A stretch of 64,000 nt of DNA from Candidatus Thorarchaeota archaeon (GTDB taxonomy: Archaea > Asgardarchaeota > Thorarchaeia > Thorarchaeales > Thorarchaeaceae), in contig CP070761.1 of NCBI GenBank assembly GCA_020348985.1, forward strand, positions 2,563,445 to 2,627,444, written 5' to 3'. Position numbers and translations under genes: made by a program. Shown one piece after another: positions 58,833 through 64,000 of the stretch. Under the pieces are notes generated by a model. The model was given only the letters and a program-made list of their open reading frames with translations. It was not told the origin of the DNA and searched no databases. The stretch's first letter is position 1, and each line of letters opens with the position of its first letter.

Positions 58833-59234
58833 TTGAGCATCAAGAAGACGGTCGTGAAGAGCCTGAAGCCCGGTTCTTACTTTCTTATTGAGGAAGAACC
58901 TTGTGTAGTTGTAAGCATTGAGAAGTCAAAGCCAGGAAAGCACGGATCAGCAAAGGCCAACATCACCGCAAGAGGTCTATTCGATAATCGAAAACGGAAT
59001 GTCATAATGCCAGCCGATAGAATGGTAGATGTTCCGGTCATCGACAAGAGGACTGCCACGATTATTGCGGATATGGGTGAGTCACTCAGTCTGATGGACT
59101 CAGAAACCTATGCCACTTATGACATACCAAGACCAACTGATGAGGACATTGCAACCAAGATTGAACTTAATGCCGTTGTTGAGGTTTGGGATGTGATGGG
59201 TCGGATGAAGGTTGTGCGAGTCAAGAAGGATTAG
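58833..59234 (+). CDS. eif5a: Translation factor aIF5A
   Basis: KPGKHGSAK hypusine motif; TTG start at 58833. Confidence 0.95.
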   Translation: MSIKKTVVKSLKPGSYFLIEEEPCVVVSIEKSKPGKHGSAKANITARGLFDNRKRNVIMPADRMVDVPVIDKRTATIIADMGESLSLMDSETYATYDIPRPTDEDIATKIELNAVVEVWDVMGRMKVVRVKKD

Positions 59235-59321
59235 AGCTGAAGTTTCTTCGAGCGCCAGCGTCTGAGTGAATCCAAACCATTTATCACCTACATCCACAGG
59301 ACCGGTTTCAATTGCGAAGGG

Positions 59322-59768
59322 ATGGTTCTGATGGGTTCGATGGAGAAAATCGATAGCAGGGATCGTAAGATACTGTCCATTCTCACTGAGGATGCAAGGA
59401 GTTCCCTGAGGAATATCTCAGCTCAAGTCAAACTAAGTCCAAGTTCTGTGAGGAACAGAATCAAGAGATTGGAAGATATCGGCGTCATAGAACGGTTCAC
59501 GATTGATGTGGATCACCGACTGCTTGGTCTTGAAATTCAAGTCGTAGTCCTGGTGACCTGCAAACCTGGCTCATCCGAAGAACTTTACGACCTTCTAAGT
59601 GGGTATCAACAAGTCACACAAATCTACTGGACAGCAGGCCCCGCCAACTTCATCCTAATCGTTAGGGTCAAGGACATGATTGAACTCTCAAAATTGTTGA
59701 CCGGTGAGATAGAGAAGCTGCCCGGAATCGAGAGGATAGAGACTCATTTTCTTATGCCCCGGTCATAA
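59322..59768 (+). CDS. Lrp/AsnC family regulator
   Basis: DRKILSILTEDAR...SVRNRIKRLEDIGVI. Confidence 0.92.
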   Translation: MVLMGSMEKIDSRDRKILSILTEDARSSLRNISAQVKLSPSSVRNRIKRLEDIGVIERFTIDVDHRLLGLEIQVVVLVTCKPGSSEELYDLLSGYQQVTQIYWTAGPANFILIVRVKDMIELSKLLTGEIEKLPGIERIETHFLMPRS

Positions 59769-59791
59769 TACTGACTGGACATGATTCACAG

Positions 59792-59944
59792 GTGTGCGAA
59801 AGCACTCTTTCAATATGGATCAATTACACAACAATCCCAAGAGAGCAGCAAATGATGATTGATGAATTCGGTGTAGAGTATTTGGAATACACTGCAAGGA
59901 CTGGAAGTCTATTGCCACGCTTTCGTCGGAGCAGAGAGGCATGA
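59792..59944 (+). pseudogene. 3' remnant of an ICMT/PEMT-type membrane methyltransferase gene
   Basis: Manual translation ...YTTIPREQQMMIDEFGVEYLEYTARTGSLLPRF.. matches the family C-terminal EE....FG..Y..Y....LP pattern; no room for the TM core upstream. Confidence 0.55.
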
Positions 59945-60005
59945 CAATCAGGTAGACGCCCAAGATTAGAAAACCTTCAAAGCATTCCCAACTAGACGCT
60001 TCGTT

Positions 60006-61022
60006 GTGCGGATATTGCTATCTGAGATACTCTTGGCTATCGGAGTCTTCTTTGTAGGTCTTCTAGTGTGGGCGGCCGTCGCTTTCAAGGGATGGAAGAA
60101 GAATCTCCTGACTGAATTGAAGCAACACAGCCTCGTGCAGTCCACAGCACTGGGACTAATGGAATACGCACTAGTGGGAGATGGCCCTGTACTGCTCGTT
60201 ATTCACGGTGCTCCCGGAGGTTATGATCAAGGTCTTCTCGCGATGAATAAGTGGACTGATGAAGGCTTTTCAGTACTCTCCATCTCAAGACCAGGTTACT
60301 TGCAGACCCCCATCGAAACGGGACCAACATTGGAGGAGCAGGCAGATGCTGTTGCGGCATTGTTGGATTCTCTGAACATCACAAAGGTAGCAGTCCTTGG
60401 CGCTTCAACAGGCGGGGCCGTTGCACTTCACTTTGCCTTACGTCATTCAGACAGACTCTGGGCGCAGGTAGTAGTCGCAGGAGTAAGTCAGCCTTACACC
60501 ATGAAGACGAGTCAAAAGAGGTCTTTTCTCAGACGCGTGATCTTCTCGAATCTGCTCATGGACATTGGAGTCTGGCTGTTTGATGTTGCTACACGATACC
60601 GTCCAGTATTCTCATTAAATGAGATGTTCAAGGTGAATGTTGCCTTGGAATCGAGGGAGAGGAAGAGATACGTAGCGTGTGTCATGAATAGACCAGGGCA
60701 AGTGGAATGGTACAAGAGATTCATCAAAACAACGTGCCCGCTCAGTTCCCGCAACCCCGGTCTGGCGAACGATGTAGAACAGCTGGCAAATCTTTCCCTT
60801 AAGCAAGTCGAGAGAATACGTTGTCCGACGATGATCATACATGGAACAGCTGATGGTGAAGTGCCTTTCTCACACGCGGAGTACACGTCCTCCTCAATTT
60901 CAAACTCAATCCTCTACGGACTCAAGGGCATAGGTCATATTGTATGGCTAGGAGACCACGTTGATCAAATGGAATCGGACATGTTTGAATTCCTCAAGGA
61001 GCATGAGCCATCGACGTTTTGA
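60006..61022 (+). CDS. Membrane-anchored alpha/beta hydrolase
   Basis: N-terminal TM, HGAPGG, GASTGG, HGTADGEV, GH. Confidence 0.9.
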   Translation: MRILLSEILLAIGVFFVGLLVWAAVAFKGWKKNLLTELKQHSLVQSTALGLMEYALVGDGPVLLVIHGAPGGYDQGLLAMNKWTDEGFSVLSISRPGYLQTPIETGPTLEEQADAVAALLDSLNITKVAVLGASTGGAVALHFALRHSDRLWAQVVVAGVSQPYTMKTSQKRSFLRRVIFSNLLMDIGVWLFDVATRYRPVFSLNEMFKVNVALESRERKRYVACVMNRPGQVEWYKRFIKTTCPLSSRNPGLANDVEQLANLSLKQVERIRCPTMIIHGTADGEVPFSHAEYTSSSISNSILYGLKGIGHIVWLGDHVDQMESDMFEFLKEHEPSTF

Positions 61023-61053
61023 TTTCGATGAGCTGTCAAAAGCAAGACTATGA

Positions 61054-61141
61054 TGGTGCGGAGGGCGAGATTCGAACTCGCGAACACCTACGTGATAGGG
61101 ATCTGAACCCTACGCCTTTGACCTGGCTTGGCAACCTCCGC
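61054..61141 (-). tRNA. tRNA-Leu(CAG), CCA encoded, no intron
   Basis: GCGGAGGTTGCCAAGCCAGGTCAAAGGCGTAGGG-TTCAGAT-CCCTATCACGTAGGTGTTCGCGAGTTCGAATCTCGCCCTCCGCACCA; long variable arm, discriminator A. Confidence 0.95.
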
Positions 61142-61196
61142 AAGTACTCGGAAGCGGGTTCACTTGACAGAGCCTTTTAACAATATCGTACTTGGC

Positions 61197-61952
61197 TCAA
61201 TGTTGAGCTGTTCGAGACGCTCTAATCCGCCTCCTGAGTTGCTCCCAATTCCCAATCTTATCAACAAGGTCGGGAGACGAAAGCGCTTCCTGTGGGGAAC
61301 CGTCAAAGATAATGCGTCCCTTGTCTAGTACAGCCATAGAATCGGTCCAGTTCTCAATGAAGAAACGATTGTGTGTCGTAAAGAGAATGCTCAGCCCCTC
61401 TTCGCGTAGATCTTGGACGATCTCAGCCATATTCGTGACCATTTCGAAATCAAGTCCTGTGAAGGGTTCATCAAGTATTAGGATGCTGGGTCGCATCGCA
61501 ATGATACCTGCCAGAGCCACTCGTTTTGCTTGTCCATGACTCATCTGGTTTACTGGCCTATTGATGAAATCGCACATGCCAACAGTATCGAGAGCCCAGT
61601 CAACTCTCCTAGCGACCTCGTCTTCAGACAGTCCCAGGTTGCGAGGACCAAACGCCACATCTTCCCAAACGGTCGGCGCGAAGAGCTGGTCATCGGGGTT
61701 CTGAAACAGAAACCCTACTTCCTGTCTCATTTCCCAGAGGTTTTCCGGATTCACCATGCGATCATAGACGAAGACTTCTCCCTCTTTGGGCTCTAAGAGT
61801 CCCATTATGATCTTGAAGAGAGTAGTCTTCCCAGAACCATTAGGCCCCACAATGGCTTTCTGCTCGCCCACATGAAGCTCCATGTAGATGTTCTGGAGTG
61901 AGAAATTCTCGTATTCGAAACTGACACCGTTTACATCTATTGCACAAGTCAT
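61197..61952 (-). CDS. cbiO: ECF-type Ni/Co transporter ATPase (CbiO/NikO)
   Basis: GPNGSGKT, FQNPDDQLF, DVAFGP, MSHGQ, DEP. Confidence 0.88.
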   Translation of the reverse strand: MTCAIDVNGVSFEYENFSLQNIYMELHVGEQKAIVGPNGSGKTTLFKIIMGLLEPKEGEVFVYDRMVNPENLWEMRQEVGFLFQNPDDQLFAPTVWEDVAFGPRNLGLSEDEVARRVDWALDTVGMCDFINRPVNQMSHGQAKRVALAGIIAMRPSILILDEPFTGLDFEMVTNMAEIVQDLREEGLSILFTTHNRFFIENWTDSMAVLDKGRIIFDGSPQEALSSPDLVDKIGNWEQLRRRIRASRTAQH

Positions 61953-63739
61953 ACGAATATCGCTCCTATTATGTTTGGAATCAAGATGGCATACGCGACA
62001 ACCAGAAGCAAAATCATGACAGGCAGAAGGACATCAACTCGTCTAAAGCCGGAGATTCTGAGCGTTGCTCCTTTGCCAAAACCTCGTAGTGACATCGAAT
62101 CGTATACACGAGCACTCCGGTCGAAAGCTCTGTCGATCGTCGTCCCTACTAAGAATCCTATCGCCTTGAGTTTACCTAAACCGCTTCCCTTCTCATATCC
62201 ACGGAGGATTTGAGCATCTTGCATTCGTGATCTCTCTTCCATGAAGAGCGGAACGTAACGTAGCATGATTAGCACAGATCCAAGAATGGCTTGTGGGACT
62301 CTAAATGTCCTCAGGGCGCCTATGAAATCCGTCAATGTCATGTGAGACAATGCGGCAAGGAATACAAGCAAGATAGTCAACATTCTGAGACCCAAGAGTA
62401 GACCCAGTAATACGCCTTCAGAGTAGGCATTTATTGGACCCAACGGGGTCATCAGGGAGAATGCAAGAGAGCTGCCATAGAGGAATGGCATTAGGAGTAC
62501 CCAGAACAGAATGATGATCTCGAACTTGGTCGCTATTGAGATCACCCGCCGCCAAGCAGTCCCAGCAATCACGCCTCCAGACAGGACGAGAATCAGAATG
62601 ACGCCCACAACTGAAATGCTGTATTGCAGTGCGACCAGAACTGAAACGGCAATGGCTGCCAGGAGCATCCCTGGAGGAGAGAACGGAGTCGGTGAACGTC
62701 TTCCTTCTCCGAAAGGAAGCAGGAACTTGCCAGTATTTGGATTTGTGTCGTGATGATGTGACGCCCTTCTAAAAACAATAGCTGCAAATCCAAGCAGAAG
62801 CAAGATGCCGATTGAGCCTGTGAATACGTCAGCAATGGAACTTTCCGCGAGAAAGGACCACAAACCAGCATACCCGACTTCAGGCTCAGGGACTCCGGCA
62901 AACTCGAACAATGCCCATTCAAAACCATCCGGATTGACGGAAGCAAGACCCGTCATTATTGCAAAGACAACAAGAATGATGGAGGCTGCCACTGGTACCA
63001 TTATCTCTTTCGGCCTCCACACTGGAATCTCGTCAGCAATGGATTCGCCGCCGTCTGCCTTATCGTCCGGTGATAAATCACCAGAATCGATTGTCTTCCG
63101 TTCTGACATCAGTAGTATCATACCCGGATTCGCTTTCACAAAGTAAAGCAAGATGATGGATGTGAGAACTGCTTCCCCAATGCCGATGAAGAAATGGATT
63201 GCCGTGATTGCGATAAGCGCCTCTGTTCCAAATCCATCGACTGTGAGAAGTTGGAGACCCAACGTAAATGCAGCTGATACTGTTACAATGAAGGAAGTGA
63301 TTGATGCTGCTACAACAACGGCTCGCTCTTTCCTAACGGTCTTGATTGAAGCCCTGTAGAAAAGGACTGCAAGACCATAGCCTAGAAGAGGTGAGAAAAC
63401 CCCCATATTGAAGAAGTTGAGGCCCCAGGTCAGTATACCTCCGTCGCCGTAGAGTGCCTGAACGAATGTTACGAGGGCCATAATCAGCATGGCCACCCAA
63501 GGGCCTGTCATGACAGCTAGCAAAGTAGATCCTACTAGATGACCACTAGAAAAGGGGGGAACCGGGAAATTCACGAGTTGGGCCGCGAAGATGACTGCAG
63601 CAAGCACACCCATGTAGGGGACGAGCTTCTCATTGAAACGCTTGCTGACAACCTTGAAGGAGACATAGAGCATGGCACCGCTAACAACTAGAAGAACGAT
63701 TTGAAGCCACAGCGGCACGATTCCGTCAGGCACATGCAA
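61949..63739 (-). CDS. Fused ECF Ni/Co transporter M-N-Q (NikMNQ-like)
   Basis: N-terminal MHVPDG, SSGHLVG, QALYGDGG (M); ASVNPDGFE (N); LRYVPL, QILRG, MSLRGF (Q/EcfT). Confidence 0.85.
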   Translation of the reverse strand: MHVPDGIVPLWLQIVLLVVSGAMLYVSFKVVSKRFNEKLVPYMGVLAAVIFAAQLVNFPVPPFSSGHLVGSTLLAVMTGPWVAMLIMALVTFVQALYGDGGILTWGLNFFNMGVFSPLLGYGLAVLFYRASIKTVRKERAVVVAASITSFIVTVSAAFTLGLQLLTVDGFGTEALIAITAIHFFIGIGEAVLTSIILLYFVKANPGMILLMSERKTIDSGDLSPDDKADGGESIADEIPVWRPKEIMVPVAASIILVVFAIMTGLASVNPDGFEWALFEFAGVPEPEVGYAGLWSFLAESSIADVFTGSIGILLLLGFAAIVFRRASHHHDTNPNTGKFLLPFGEGRRSPTPFSPPGMLLAAIAVSVLVALQYSISVVGVILILVLSGGVIAGTAWRRVISIATKFEIIILFWVLLMPFLYGSSLAFSLMTPLGPINAYSEGVLLGLLLGLRMLTILLVFLAALSHMTLTDFIGALRTFRVPQAILGSVLIMLRYVPLFMEERSRMQDAQILRGYEKGSGLGKLKAIGFLVGTTIDRAFDRSARVYDSMSLRGFGKGATLRISGFRRVDVLLPVMILLLVVAYAILIPNIIGAIFV

Positions 63740-63784
63740 TCAGACGTCACCTTCCCCAACTATTATCAGGATGTTTGCTTTATA

Positions 63785-63834
63785 CGTGTTACTTCTTGGC
63801 AATTCGTGTTACTATGTTGCCAGAATGTGTCACA
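63785..63834. promoter_or_regulatory. Candidate NikR operator
   Basis: CGTGTTACT (63785), CGTGTTACT (63805), TGTGTCACA (63826) at 20-21-bp spacing between the divergent transporter and nikR. Confidence 0.5.
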
Positions 63835-63858
63835 ATCTTGAGGGAGAGGCCAAGTGGG

Positions 63859-64000
63859 ATGAAACTCAAGCGATTTGGCGTGTCTGTTCCAGAAGACTTG
63901 TTGGAAAGATTCGACGTTCTTGTTGCGAAGAAAGAATACGTAGGCAGATCAGAAGCGATACGCGACGCAATGAGGCTGTTAATTTCTCAGGATGAATGGG
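63859..64000 (+). CDS. nikR: Nickel-responsive regulator NikR, N-terminal RHH (3' truncated; absent from ORF track)
   Basis: Manual translation MKLKRFGVSVPEDLLERFDVLVAKKEYVGRSEAIRDAMRLLISQDEW; divergent from the Ni ECF transporter. Confidence 0.82.
   Translation, partial: MKLKRFGVSVPEDLLERFDVLVAKKEYVGRSEAIRDAMRLLISQDEW

Noticed and set aside
63771-63995. 74-aa ORF from the track
   Set aside because: Wrong frame; the NikR-like frame starts at ATG 63859
1-64000. CRISPR arrays, transposases, integrases, rRNA
   Set aside because: No regularly spaced repeats or such motifs seen by eye

Overview
Gene-dense archaeal chromosomal segment, most likely from an Asgard archaeon (Thorarchaeia-like; inferred from gene content). 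Archaeal core genes include class I LysRS, class I CCA enzyme, rps26e, rpl13e, aIF5A, Nob1, TrmY, RtcB, short XPF, single-OB SSB and tRNA-Leu(CAG). Eukaryotic-signature-like proteins include a roadblock, three small GTPases, a uDENN/longin-like protein, V4R/Bet3-like proteins, a TPR-PCI protein and an alpha-SNAP-like solenoid. Highlights the ORF track misses: (1) selD is a selenoprotein (in-frame UGA in H-G-U-S-C-K) with a eukaryote-type SECIS whose AUGA core contains the gene's own UGA stop. (2) An unassigned ~260-nt highly structured RNA candidate with its own promoter, paired ends, a cUUCGg loop, two mutually exclusive pairings and repeated UCCCC motifs lies between a DENN-like gene and a longin-Arf GTPase gene. 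(3) A duplicated roadblock/longin-wHTH + V4R module resembles TRAPP/GATOR parts. (4) A 59-aa RHH gene, a partial nikR and an ICMT-like gene remnant. No CRISPR array, rRNA or transposase was seen. All family calls are by-eye motif recognition, not database searches.
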